A DNA stretch of 64,000 bases from the human T2T-CHM13v2.0 reference genome, Homo sapiens: the NCBI RefSeq assembly GCF_009914755.1, contig NC_060925.1; one strand, given 5' to 3'. A program made the position numbers and the translations under genes. The notes under the pieces are model-generated. The model worked only from the letters and a program-made list of their open reading frames with translations. It did no database searches and had not been told where the DNA came from. The stretch's first letter is position 1, and each line of letters opens with the position of its first letter. Of the stretch, positions 15,531 through 30,662 are shown in pieces.

Positions 15531-16699
15531 GTTTCTACTCTCTTTAGTCCCGCCTAGTCTTCCCATTGCTATCTTTTATTTGTCTGATCTTCCTAGGTTA
15601 GATAGTTTCCTGAGCCTGGGTTTGTCATCCATATTCACACCCTTCAGACATAGTAGCCTTCCTGCCTAAAAAGGACACTTTTGGATGGTCTGTCTGAGGA
15701 ATACAAATTAGAGCAGAGTAGGTGCCCACCTACTGATGTGGATTCTGGGTAGCAGGAAGGTGCTATTGCCTTCCTGAAATCTTTTTTACATAATCAGTAA
15801 TTGAATGCCTAGAAACTCAGGAGCCAGGCACTTATCCATTAAATTATAAATTCCTGTGAGAACCTTAATTATTATAAGGCCTTTGTTACCTTGGTTGGAA
15901 TGCGGCACCTGAGAAAGAAATTTTCATAGAGGAGAGGAGGTAAGGAAATAACTACACTGGCTACCTAATGTCAATATTCTGAAGGAAATTATGAAAGCCC
16001 AGAAGACAATTTTATTATTTTGCCTATGCCTGGACTTGAGTGTTCTAGTTGATTTGTCTAAAGCAATTGACTACAGGCAATCAAGCAACAGACACAAAAT
16101 TGAGCCTTATATTCTATAGGCATAATCTCATACAATGCTATGAATGATAACATAAATCCCTTATTCTCCATTAGCTAATTGTTCTGAAATCATTATTGAG
16201 GATCTTTCCTGGCCCACCACCCTCCACCATCATCGCCCTACTCCACCCCACCTCTGTGTTCATTTATTACACACCTATTGGGACTGTTGGCTGCTGTTGT
16301 GGTGCAGCAATGCAAGCTGTGCTTCAGTGTTTAATTTTAATTTCCACTTCTGCTTTCATCACAGCCCTTGAAGACTAGAAGGCAAAGAGACTAGGGAAGA
16401 ATGAATTTTAAGATAATAGACTGAAAAATCAAAACAAATGATCATAGCGGAAGTCAGAGAGTTTTAGTCCATTCGCCAGATAAATATTTTGGGAAGCCTT
16501 TCATGGAAAAAATTGGAGGTAAATTTTGTGGATGGTGGGTATTTTAAATCAATAGAATAGCCTACTTCTAGGTTTTACATAACTATCTACTTCTAGCCAT
16601 TACAATCCTGTGAGAATGAAATACTTCTGGTACTTCAAAAGCGTCATATACTCTCTCATCACCGTTATTTTGCATGCTTTATTTTCTGTAGCTCCCCTG

Positions 16700-17030
16700 T
16701 TTGTAACACTTTAGCCTCTCTCTACTTCTTCCCATTTTACCCATCAATCATCTTAATACTTCATATCAAATCATAGTTGTCACTGTCAATAAAGAGTTTT
16801 CCTTGTACTCTTAAGGCTGAATTAGGATTCCTTCATATGTCCCCATAACACCCTATTCTTGCACCTAAGATAGCATGTGCACAATGAAATGTTGCCACCT
16901 TTTCATTTGCTCAATTCTCCAACGAGACTATGAACATTTTTTATGGCTGTTTCTGTATCTGGTTTACCATAAGAGCCCTTCTGCCAAACACCATGCTTGC
17001 AACATAATAGGGGTCCAAAAATATTTGAAC
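16700..17030 (+). mobile_element. L2 3' end fragment
   Basis: Degenerate 'gactatgaac...catgcttgcaacataataggggtccaaaaatatttgaa' L2 tail. Confidence 0.55.
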
Positions 17031-20000
17031 CACCTCTGCCATGTTGGATGTCTATAACCAAATCTCTTTTCTAGCCCTTGTGCCAATCTTAGAAATGAAA
17101 GAACAGCATTTACAAAATTTTGCTGTAATTTCCAAATAAATGCTTGTTATAACTTTCATTTTTCCCCCAGGATATTAAGAAACTATAGCAAGTCAACAGA
17201 AAGAAACATTATTGTGGGAATAGTGGACTTGGGGCTGGGGAGTGTTATTGTTTTCACCTCCAAAGGAGTGTAGCAAATTCAGTTCTTTCAGAGGGTCGTT
17301 ATCCAAAGGATCAAATCTGGTGCAAGGGTTGGCATCAGGAGTCTGTAATGAGTATGGTTCCAAAATCATTGTTGTAGGGAATTCTATTAGATTCTTAGAA
17401 AGTAGCAAGGTCTACTTTCTAAGAGAGAATAATAAAGCAGAAACTAGTTAGAGGACCAGGTCTTTAGGCAAGTGTGCTGAGGTTCAGGGCAGGAATATTA
17501 AGAAACTTGAACACAACCCAAAAACTGATATAAATAAAAGTGGCATACGTCCACACAATGACTGTTAGGGGTGGAAGCTGCAGCTTTGTCAGCATGTGGA
17601 CATTCAGGGTCTCCCCTGGGCACATTGGACACCATTCAAAATGCGGTGGCCAAATGTGAATCTCCATGCGTACACTCAGGAAAGGATGAACAGAACCTTA
17701 TTTTGTAAGAACTATTATAGCAAGGCCTTTAGCAAAAAATTTTTTCTCATAAGTTCTAAGATTGCACCCAATTTGAATTCTAATTTTAATTACTTTGCAA
17801 CAAGTAAGCTTTTACCAGTGTATACACCAAGGGAGGTTTGGGACACTTTCTGAACAGCACGGGGTATTAAATTAGAATGAAATAATTTTCTTAGCCATCT
17901 AAAAATCAGACCAGTTTTAAACCATCAACTCTTGGGTTGTTCATCATCCAGTGTGCTCCATAGATATAAAATGACACACTAAAATTGATGTAAAATCCTT
18001 GGCCAAGATGATTGGGCCAAGTTCACAAAATTGTTGAGCCATTTTGCTTTACAGAGTTCTTTTTAAAATCAGAGTTGGACAGCTAAATGCTTTCTATACT
18101 ATCAACGGCAATAGAAGGCCTAGTGTGAGAGGGTTATAAATGCACATCCCTACCACTGGATCTTTATATTGTTTTATAATGATCTATTTCTGTGTCTGAC
18201 TTCCTAGTGGCTTGTGAGTTCCTCGAGAAACCAACTTTGCATTTTCAGATCACACATGGTGGCCCACACTCATTGTGGTATAGACTAATAGCTGTCCTCC
18301 AAAATCTGTCTTCCTTTGATCACATAACTAGATTTTGGCTATCTGTGAGCAATTTGGTAGCATTCTTAGTCATGAGTGGATATGCCCTAACTTTGTGCTG
18401 TGGTCTCAAGACAGAAAATCCAAATTATATCCATTGTATTGTAAGCAAATGACTGCAACAAAATCTGGCAAATTCTCATTGACTTAGATAAATATGGTGT
18501 CACTATAAACCCAGTTGAGCTATAATCATGTATGAATGTATTTAAAGATGTTTTTCTCCAGCAGCTTACAAGAATAAATGTTGAAATACAGATTTTTAAC
18601 ACGTATTTTTCTGAGCTTATTTTCCTAATAGGAAACAATGTCTCCAGAAGGGTTACGATGTAAAAATATGTGGCCTTTAACAACAGACTTTTATGTGTAA
18701 AAAGTCTGCCTTTCTCTTATGAAAGATCTTAGTAGAGTGTGTTATCTCCAGGTAAATATGTTTTGTAGTCCTTTTCCCCATCTTGCTCTGCCCCTTTTCC
18801 TTATGTATGGTATGCCTCCTTCCAGAAATAAATTGCTGGTTCAGATTCTTTCTCTTAAAAATTCTACTCAATATTCATTTCTGGTAGTAAGGATAGTCTC
18901 GTCTAGGAAGAGCATATTCATCAGTATAAATCACGTTTGATCTTTCCAATCTTTCCATTTATTCTGAGAGTCTTCTAGACCTTGAGTGAATATAATGGTC
19001 CTTGTGACAAAATCAGTTTGTTTGAAAAGTGGACAAATATTGTGCAAACCAGCAGGAAGCATTCCCTGTGTGAAAAATATCTGATTCAAGGATTGAAACA
19101 AATGATGACATTAATGTAAAAGTCTATTTTTCTTCAGGCAAAACAATTAACTTCAGTAACAAACATTTATTGAGTTGACATGGGTTCAAAAATAATGACA
19201 ATAATAAAAAAGCTTTTATTTAGTCTCAAATCAATGATATTAATTTAATTGTTTCTAAACCCATTATTGCTGAATTCAATACTTTTTAAAAATTAACTTC
19301 ATCATTTTAAAGTCATAAATAAATTTTCTGTGTTTTAAGTAATAAATAAAGCTTCCGTACTTTGGTGGGTCATGCCTCTTAATTTGCAAATGATCCATTT
19401 TCTGCTTTTTGATTATAGCTTATATCCAGGGTTAAATTACATGCAACAAATTACATTGCAATGAAAGCTTTCTTTAGAGCCAGAGACTTTTAACTCTCAT
19501 TGCCCCTACTTCAAATAATATTTGATGTAACAAAACCCTAATATAAGGAAAGTTTGATCCTTTGAGAGTTTTGTAAAAGTGGTTTACCTGAATTTATTTA
19601 TAGTTTTTCTGAAAGCTATGATAAGAAGAGTTTTTGAGCTAAAACATGGTGCATATATGCAAAGGAATAAATTAAAGCCAAAGTCTGAAAATTATGAAAC
19701 AGTTAGACTTGTGGTTTACATAGATTAAATATAGATAAAAGATCAAACATATTTAATCTCTTTATTTTCATCTGGATTTTTGTTTTGTGAATAAATAGGC
19801 ATAAAGGGAATGTTTAGATATGTTACTGTTTGTGAGATCTACAATTATCTTCAACTACCATCCAATGTTTCTAGTGCCCCAGCCCTGATGAAAATTGCTT
19901 CTTATATTTAGTAACAAGAGTACTGTATGATTAAATATCTCCATGCCTCCTCTCTTATAGTTTTCCATAATGGGTTATGTGATCAGACATCCATGTGTAC

Positions 20001-20191
20001 AGGCTATATGAATAATTTGTTGATAATAATAGTGAAAGATAACTTTTTGTTATTACAAGACAATTTAATAAAACAAAGAGTTATTAGCAGTAATACAAAA
20101 TAATTTTTTCAATAGACCTATTTATATTACTTGTGCTTGTTAGAAAGCACAAAATTATAATCCTACTGTCAATCAGTAATCAAGTTGATGA

Positions 20192-20531
<340 letters not shown>

Positions 20532-21007
20532 AAAATTCACCATTTCTAATGTAGACCATAGAGCCACTAGCAAATCATGGTGAAGGAGGTTGACAAAGTA
20601 CATACTTGATAGTCCATTTTTTCCAAAGAAATAGGAAGCAGAGGAATTAGTTGGAGATGTGTTATAAGGCTTGAGGAGACTGAGAGCATTGTGGAATAAT
20701 CTCTGAAGAAAATAGGAGAAAAGCCTGGTCAAGGACAAGAAACAAATTCAATTATGTTTTGAGCCCACCTAATGTTGGAAGAGCATATATTTAAATGGAA
20801 TCTTGAAATGCCATAAATATTTAAATACCTAATATGTGCTTCATTGTTCTAGGCACAAGGGATACAGCCAATATTTTATATAGTTCATCTTCTGGAGGGA
20901 TAGCAATCATGACATTTTCTCTGGTGTAAGAAATAAAGAAGGCCGGTTGTTTAATTGCTCCAGATTGAAAAAAAAACGAGAAGCAAATATGGAAGAAAGG
21001 CAAAGAT

Positions 21008-21800
21008 TTCATTCATTTCATATCAAGAAATATTTACTGAGCACCATAAGATCCCAACTATTTTGACAGGAGTCAAGAATTGAACAAATAAAGTCTCTCT
21101 TCTAGGACAGCTTGTAGTTTACTGGGAAAGACAGAAATGATAGCAGATCTTGTCACAAGCATGTGGTCAGTACCATGATGGTTATAACAGCAGAGTGTGA
21201 GGGGCAGAGGCCCTTATCTGAGAATGGGAAAGTGCCAGGGGATGATGCCTAAGTATGGGGATGTCAATGCCAAATCTTCAGACAGTATGGCAACCTTCTG
21301 TAAGTTCCCAGGACATAAAACAGTTGAGTGGAATGCTTGCAGAGAACTCTACGAGAGTTGATCCTCTTTCTGCACAGAGGGTGAGGCAGGCCAGGCCTGG
21401 TGATGAGTCTGGGGGTTACTGAGGAGATCATATAAGGCCTTGGAGGTGAGCACAGGTAAAAAGTTAGACAAGGTGATCAATTACATGATCCAAGCTGGGA
21501 AGCAAAGGCCTTGAAGCTAGAAGAGCCCTGATAGACTGGAAAACATTTAGAGGATCAAAGACCTGGTCTCTCCATGGGGTAGAGAGAAAGAGCAGTGAGA
21601 GCTTCCCGGAGAGTATGGGATAGCCTGAGAGCGGAATGCCTGAATTTAAAGAGCCTGACAAGGACTTACACTATGGGAGGAGAAGGTCCAGAATGTCTCC
21701 AGGTTCAAGGGGCTTCAAGGGGCTGGAAGTGAGAATCATTGAAGCCAAGGAAGTCTAAGAACTTACGTATTGGCTGTATCATTAGCATGCATTTTGTAAT
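21008..21800 (-). mobile_element. L2 fragment
   Basis: 'ttcattcatt...aaatatttactgagcacc' antisense L2 tail followed by purine-rich degenerate body. Confidence 0.6.
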
Positions 21801-23059
21801 TTCTTGGAATAGGTCAGGAAGTGGACTCAATAGGAAAATTGTAAGTTGGAGACTGGACTAGCCAATGACTATGAGGCAATTACCTGAAGCCAGTAGATTA
21901 TAGTTATATGAGGGAAGGATGGTTGGCTTAGCTAGATGCCACGGACTTTAAAAGCAAAGGATTTTTCTGTGAAAGTTTCTGTGTGGCACACAGGACCCCA
22001 AAGCACCTCCAGGCCCTTGGGATTCTGCTGAGTACCTCCTGGTCCCCAGAGAAAGGTACACACCTGAAGTCCTAACAGATAACTCGGTTAAGGCCTTCAT
22101 CCTCTTCAGTCTTATCTGGGGGTTTGGTGTGTCTTCATAAACATGAGAAGGACAAGTCAATGACTTAAGTGTGCACAGTAAACCAGTGCTTGATCTAGGA
22201 CCAGAATGAAAAGATTTTTGCCTGAACTTTGTTACACTAGACTTCACTGTTTTTTTTTTTTTAAATAGATGTCTTGTTCAGACACTGTTTTTCAATAACA
22301 AATTGATTTCAATACAAAAGTACTGGTGAAAATTACTTTCTTAGAAATGTAATTATGCATCTTAATGAAGCCTTGCTGATAAGTGAAAGCATCCTCTTAG
22401 CCCTGGGATTTTCTCTAGGCTTCTCACACTAATGTCATGATGCTGAGATAGTTTATAACGCTGAACATTACTACGGATTCCTAAATTTGATAAAGTTTAT
22501 TTCAATACCCAGAGATGGAATTTTGCTCACCGAAGAGTTGAGCCACGTGTCCAGGACAAATTCTTCAGGGCCAAACATGTGGATCAAACCCAATAAAAAT
22601 GTTCAACCTGATGCAGGTTTCTAGATATTGACTGCTTGTCTTTGTATAGATAAAGCCTCTGGTTGATTGATTATTCATTTTAATTTGAATATTTTGATAT
22701 CCTATAATTACAAGTTCTCTTTTCTCAACCTCCCCAAATTGAATCTAGTCCTGCAATGTTGAGTTTCTGAGAACCATCTTGACTTACATCTTTCAGATAG
22801 CTTTCCCAGAACTCCTTATGCTTACTGGTGTGAATGGAAGGGACGCAATCATTTACTTGGAGGTTTTTTCTGTTATAATGTTGTTTTCATGGAAAGCATT
22901 TTTTGGCTTTAATATTAGCTCTGAACAGTTGCTCTTCTAGCAATGTGATTTTTGCCTGACATGCATCATGTAACATCACTCATGCTATTAAACTTTATAG
23001 TTTTGCATGCTTTTATTTTTGCAAAAATATTACAGCCAACATTACCATATTTTATCTTT

Positions 23060-23200
23060 AATACACCCTTTTGAGGCAGAACAAATGCTTTTATTCTCAG
23101 TTACTGATGAGGAAGCTGTTACACATAGAGATGAAGTAATTTTCTTCAGGTCTACAGAAGACATTGGCAGAACAGAGGCTAAAACCTGAGTCTTCAAGGA
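23060..23200 (-). mobile_element. MIR fragment
   Basis: 'ttactgatgaggaagctg...agagatgaagtaattttcttcaggtc' MIR core. Confidence 0.65.
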
Positions 23201-23285
23201 ATAGAATAGGCAAGGAAATTGCTCTCCTATTTTATACAACAAAGGTAAAGATTTAGTTTACATAATCTTCTAATTCAAAAATTGG

Positions 23286-23838
<553 letters not shown>

Positions 23839-24326
23839 TCTTGAATTCAAGAGAGAAGATACATCTTCCTAAGCTATCTTTGTACTTAGAAGAGTAAAAT
23901 TCTGTCCAAATGTATTTCTAAAATGAGACAATAAAAGAAGACTTTACAGCCTGATACAGACTGAGACTGCCTCCAGTTCCCGTGGTGACTGTGCTGTATC
24001 AGTGTGTGGTGAGGATTGTTTGGTAGTGGACATCTATCAAAGGACCGTAAAAAGTCAGCAATCTCCTCCATATTTATTTTTAAATGCCAATTTTTAGATT
24101 TTGCTTCAAGAAACATAAAGTATTCACATTTATACTCATTTTCCAGAAACTAGTATCTCCCTCTTTCGGTGATGCCTGAGAGAGTATTCACATAGATAGC
24201 TGTGATCACTGACAAATGGAACGTTCATATTTTTTCTTCATGACCTATTTAATACATTCTCTCAATGATTATGCAATGGAGTTACCACATATGTAGTTCG
24301 ATCATCAGAGGTAAAGAAGAAGTAGT

Positions 24327-24639
24327 TTTTTGTTTGTTTGTTTTGTTATTGTTATTTTTTGAGACGGAGTCTCATTCTGTCCCCCAGGCTGGAATGTGTG
24401 GCCCAATCTCGGCTCACTGTAACCTCCGCCTCCAGGGTTCAAGCAATTATCCTGACTCGGCCTCCCGAGAAGCTGGGATTACAGGCATGCACCACCACGC
24501 TGGCTAATTTTTGTATTTTTAGTAGAGACGGGGTGTTACTATGTTGGCCAGGCTGTTCTCGAACTCCTGACCTCAGGTGATCGCCTGCCTCGGCTTCCCA
24601 AAGTGCTGGGATTACAGGCGTGAGCCACCGTGCCTGGCC
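24327..24639 (-). mobile_element. Alu (AluS-type)
   Basis: Antisense dimer; TSD gaagaagtagtttttt. Confidence 0.96.
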
Positions 24640-25376
24640 AGGAAGAAGTAGTTTTTTAATAACACCCTCTCTTAACCCCTAGCCCATGGGCAAAAGGAGA
24701 CCATCCAAATGCAACAAAATTCCATTATTTTATTTTCATTTTTTTCCCCAAGCTTTCCCCTAAATTGCCATTCCTTGCCAGCTGTGACACATTTGATATT
24801 CCTCATTAAGAATCAACTTTATTGAACTGGAAATATCATCCTCTTATTATTTATTAACATAGTTTTAGAGGAATCCTCCCGTTTTGGTTGGTAGCTGTTC
24901 AGTTGGGTTTAACTGTGATGCACTTGTTGGCTGTTGAGCCCCGTGGGGACTGTGCTGAGACAGACTTACTCAGGCTTCCTTTGAACACAGAAATGAAAAT
25001 CAATAAACAATTTGAACTTCTTCGAGGAGAATTTTTCTCCTCTAATGAATATACAAGCTTGGTTACAGCTTAATTCAAAGACTGAATTTAGTGAGTGTTT
25101 TTGCCTGCACCATACGCATGACAAACAGAAGTCTCAAATGACATGACCCACAGGGAGACTTACATTTAAAAAAAATCATCATACTCTCCCACCTTAAGCC
25201 CACATAAAAACAAGACAAGTCAACTGTAATAATATTTACTCGAATCAGAGACTTGAAAAATGGCCCAGCAAGTGTCCAGTGATAAAATGTGTGCTGTCTA
25301 TACACAAAACGTTTTAAAAGCAAGACATATACAGACAAACAAAAAGAGTTCAACAAGCTCAAACAAGTGCATATTT

Positions 25377-26190
<814 letters not shown>

Positions 26191-26902
26191 GGTAGAGACA
26201 GGTAAAACATGTTTGAGGAATGTTCACTGAATTAGTTCATGCTACTGCTAGAATCATCTTTTAAAAGTGTGGTGATAAGTTGGCCTGTACCCATAATTTA
26301 TCACCAGAAACTTATAATGTTAAGCACACAGGTTCATATCATTTTTAAAAACGTAAGAATAAAAATGCAACTGTATTAACACCAAGCCAATACTACAAAT
26401 GAAATTAAATTAATGACTTCACTTACAAACAAGATCTATTACTAAATACCTATGAAAAACAAGATTTCATATGTCTTCTTATAAAGGATTCCAGAGCCAT
26501 AGTTTCGTTTTTGTTTATAGCATCTTAACATGAAGTTTCTGATTTTTCTTCATGGTTTAGCAGTATACTCACTGGAGCCACGAAAGGGACAAGATGTTAT
26601 ATTTTGTACTCCACCTCCTTCCCCATATTTTCCCCTGGTAAAAGAGAAGGGGTATGTAGAGAGAGGAGCCTGTTGAACTGACCTCTCTTTGTCCTGTGTA
26701 AATCAAGACAAAACATCCTTCTGCTGTTTTATAGCAAGGCCAGTTGAAAAAACCCACAAACAAGATAATTCAGTTGATTAATGATGGATGATGGTTTTGG
26801 GGTTTTACAGGTGGAAACAAACCACATGTCTTCTTGACACTGGAGAAAATAGCAGTTCTTTATTCTAGTCCCGGATTCCTGCTTTGACTCTCATCTACTA
26901 TC

Positions 26903-27460
26903 TGTAGCAATTTTAAAATATGTCCACAAATTCTTCAACACCCCTCCCTCTAAATTTTGGAACCTAATTCCCATCCCCTTGCATATGGGCTGGCCTTACT
27001 GACTCATCTTTAATAAGTAGACTATGACAAAAGTGATGGTCTGTCTGTCTTAGGTCATACAAAGGATTGCACCTTCCTTCTTACTCTCTGTCCTTTGGGT
27101 CCTTCACTCGGAAGGAAGCCACCCACGGTATCATGAGGAGACTTAAGCAGCCACAAGAAGAGGTTCTTTTGTTAAAGAACAAAGCTCTTCTGCCTACAGC
27201 CAGCAAGAGACTGCGGCTTCCACCCTCCAGCCCTGTCAGTGCGCCATTTTGGAAGTGGATATTCAGCCCCAGGCAATCTTTCATTTGACTACAACCTCAG
27301 CCTATTTCTGACTTCAACATTGTAAGAAACTTGTAACCAGAACCACTCAGCTAAGCTGCTGCCAGATTCATGGCTCTCGGAAAATGGGTGAGAAAATCAA
27401 TGTTGTTTTAAGCCACTAAGTTTGGAGGTAATTTGTTACGTAGCAACAGACAACTAATTT
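26903..27460 (+). mobile_element. MLT1F/G-like solo LTR
   Basis: Starts 'tgtagcaattttaaaatatgtccacaaattctt'; ends 'ttttaagccactaagtttggaggtaatttgttacgtagcaacagacaactaat'. Confidence 0.85.
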
Positions 27461-27956
27461 AGTATTCAACCTCATTTCCCATTGCTCTTCAAGATGCAAA
27501 CTCTCCTGACATGTATAAACCAATACATTAGTCAATCAGCCAACCAAGTATGTGTTTACTACTCACTCTTGCTATGCCCAGCATAGTCTCACATTTTAAC
27601 ATCAGATCCTTCCCTATCTTATCTTCCCAGACTAATCCTATCTGAACTCATGTCTTCCTTCTTAAAATTCCTGATTTTCTAGTCAGTAACATACAGTTTA
27701 GCCCAAAATATTGCTTTAATTGGCTTATTTATGTTATATTTGGCCATCTTCCCAAAGGACAGGGGTATTCAGATTTTAAAATATTCCTAAATGCATTTTT
27801 GGACTCTGTAACTCTTGATTAACTGAAGGAGAAAATTGGATCCTTGAAATTTCTAAATGTCTGTGTTTATTTTGGAGCAAGTGCTGTGTTGCAGCTCCAG
27901 GCAGGGAACAGTCTGTTTTGCCCACATTTACCTTCCTACTTTATCCTAGCCTAGAG

Positions 27957-28150
27957 CAGGGGTCAACAAACTTTTCCTGTAAAGAGCCAGAGAGTAAATA
28001 TTTCAGCTTCGCCGTTCGTATGCAACTACTCGACTTTGCTATTATAGCACAAAAGAGGTGACAGACAATGAGTAAATGAATGGATGTGGCTGCGTTCCAA
28101 TAAAACTTTATATACAAATACAAGTGTCAGGCCAATTTTGGCCCACCTTC
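27957..28150 (+). mobile_element. MER58-type hAT-Charlie MITE
   Basis: 'caggggtcaacaaacttttcctgtaaagagccaga..gtaaatattt' and 'ggctgcgttccaataaaactttat'. Confidence 0.85.
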
Positions 28151-29044
28151 TATGATGGTATATCTCAACATTCCTGCATCAAAAGAATAATCTGCAAAGC
28201 TTTTAAAATAAACACACTCACCAGCAAATGTGTTTTAAAAAACACCTCTGAAAATCCTTATAATCTGACAAACTTGGAAAACCTGGGGAAAACAATGAAC
28301 CCTACTGTGTCCTCGCACTAGGGGTACCTCACAGAGATGTGAGGCAGGAATCAAAAATCACATTTCTTGATAGCTAGGATTTCTGTGATTTCATAGGGCC
28401 ACATGCCTCATCTAAGGACTGACTATTAGGTTTCTCAAAATACACAGCTGTGTTTTTCTTATGTCAGGGAAGACCAACAATGGATAAAGTCATCACTTCC
28501 CCATTTCATTAAGGAAAAATTAATGAAGAGCCAAGAAAAGCCCAAGAAAAGTTTTGGATTTTCCACTTGGATCTGCTACTTTAAAGAATGCAGTCACACT
28601 AATTACTGTTCTTCATGATGTATAATTTTCTGAAAAAGATAATCTCTTTGAAAGATTAAGATTTTGAAAATTTAGAATTCAACTACATGACATGAAACCA
28701 CGTGTAGAGCAGAAACACTTAAATCTGACCAAAGAGACAGCTGTTATCTGCAGTGATAGGCTAGGATTTCCAATGTGAGATTTATCTATTAAAAATAAAA
28801 TTACAACTGTAATTTTTGAAGGGGTTTTCTATATGCATTCTAGGCCTGTCCTAGTCCAATTTAGCTAGTTATATAGTATTTTAGGTAAGACTGCCTCTCC
28901 TTTTCTTTTTGCATGAGTGATTTTGTTTAATAATTTCAGTAAACTCAATCAAAGAAGAAAACATATCCTATTAATTGGCCATAATTCTCCCACACAAATC
29001 TTTGGGTATAACTATCATAGATGTAGATGTGTATAGAGCCTGGT

Positions 29045-29275
29045 TTAATTTCTTAACCTCAATGATATTAACATTTTCGACTAGAAAGTTTTTTGTTGCA
29101 GAGGGGGCTGTCCTGTGCATGGCAGGGTGCTTGGCAGCATCCCCTAGCCTCCACCTGCTAGATTCTTGTAGCACCCTCAAGTTGTGACAATCAGAAACAC
29201 CTCCAGATACTGCCAAATATCTCTGGGGTGAAAGGTGGGTGGGGGAGGCATAATCACCCCAGTTAAAAAATCACT
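29045..29275 (+). mobile_element. MER20 hAT-Charlie MITE
   Basis: 'ggggctgtcctgtgcat...ggcagcatccc...gttgtgacaatca...atcaccccagtt...cactg'. Confidence 0.85.
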
Positions 29276-29937
29276 GATGTAGAGAGTGTATATATATATA
29301 TATATGCCCTAAGAAAAGCGGAGAATAGAGACCGTTTTCCAGTCATCTTATGTTAAGTTACTGCCCTCAAATATTTTCCTGAAATAGATAAGCAAAATAA
29401 GAGCTCGTTCAAGCTATAATTATTCAGGCAATTGACTCAATTCTCCTCTTTACTTTACATGTGAGAGCACCAACAGTGATACTTAGCTCTCCTGGGCAAA
29501 CTGTGCAGGGTGTCAATGCTTCAGGAACACCTGAGAACCATCATTTGTGGGATCCCTCAGTAACGATTTTATAACACCTAGATGCTAGAAGAAACATTTG
29601 CACACGCTGACCCAGGCTCACTGCATTTTAACAAGTCTGCACCCAGAGAATTCAAGAGGGTATGAGCAAGAACTAGGCAGCATGCACCATCTGGTGTTTC
29701 AAAAAATGTATACCTTAAGCCCAATTAAGAACTTATATTTAGACTATTTATGAATTGGCTTATTTTGAATGAAATAGGAGAAGCCTAACCTAAAAATAAA
29801 TGAGCTGGCTCAGAATTTTCTCTTAAATTGAATTCCCTAATATATTATTTCATGATAATGTGATTTTATAGAATTCAACCTAAGACATGTTATGGGCTGA
29901 ATTGCATTTTCCCCAAATTTGTATGTTGAAGTCCTAA

Positions 29938-30662
<725 letters not shown>

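Noticed and set aside
17193-17408. 71-aa minus-strand ORF that looks protein-like
   Set aside because: Non-ATG start directly after a stop, weak donor, no recognisable homology
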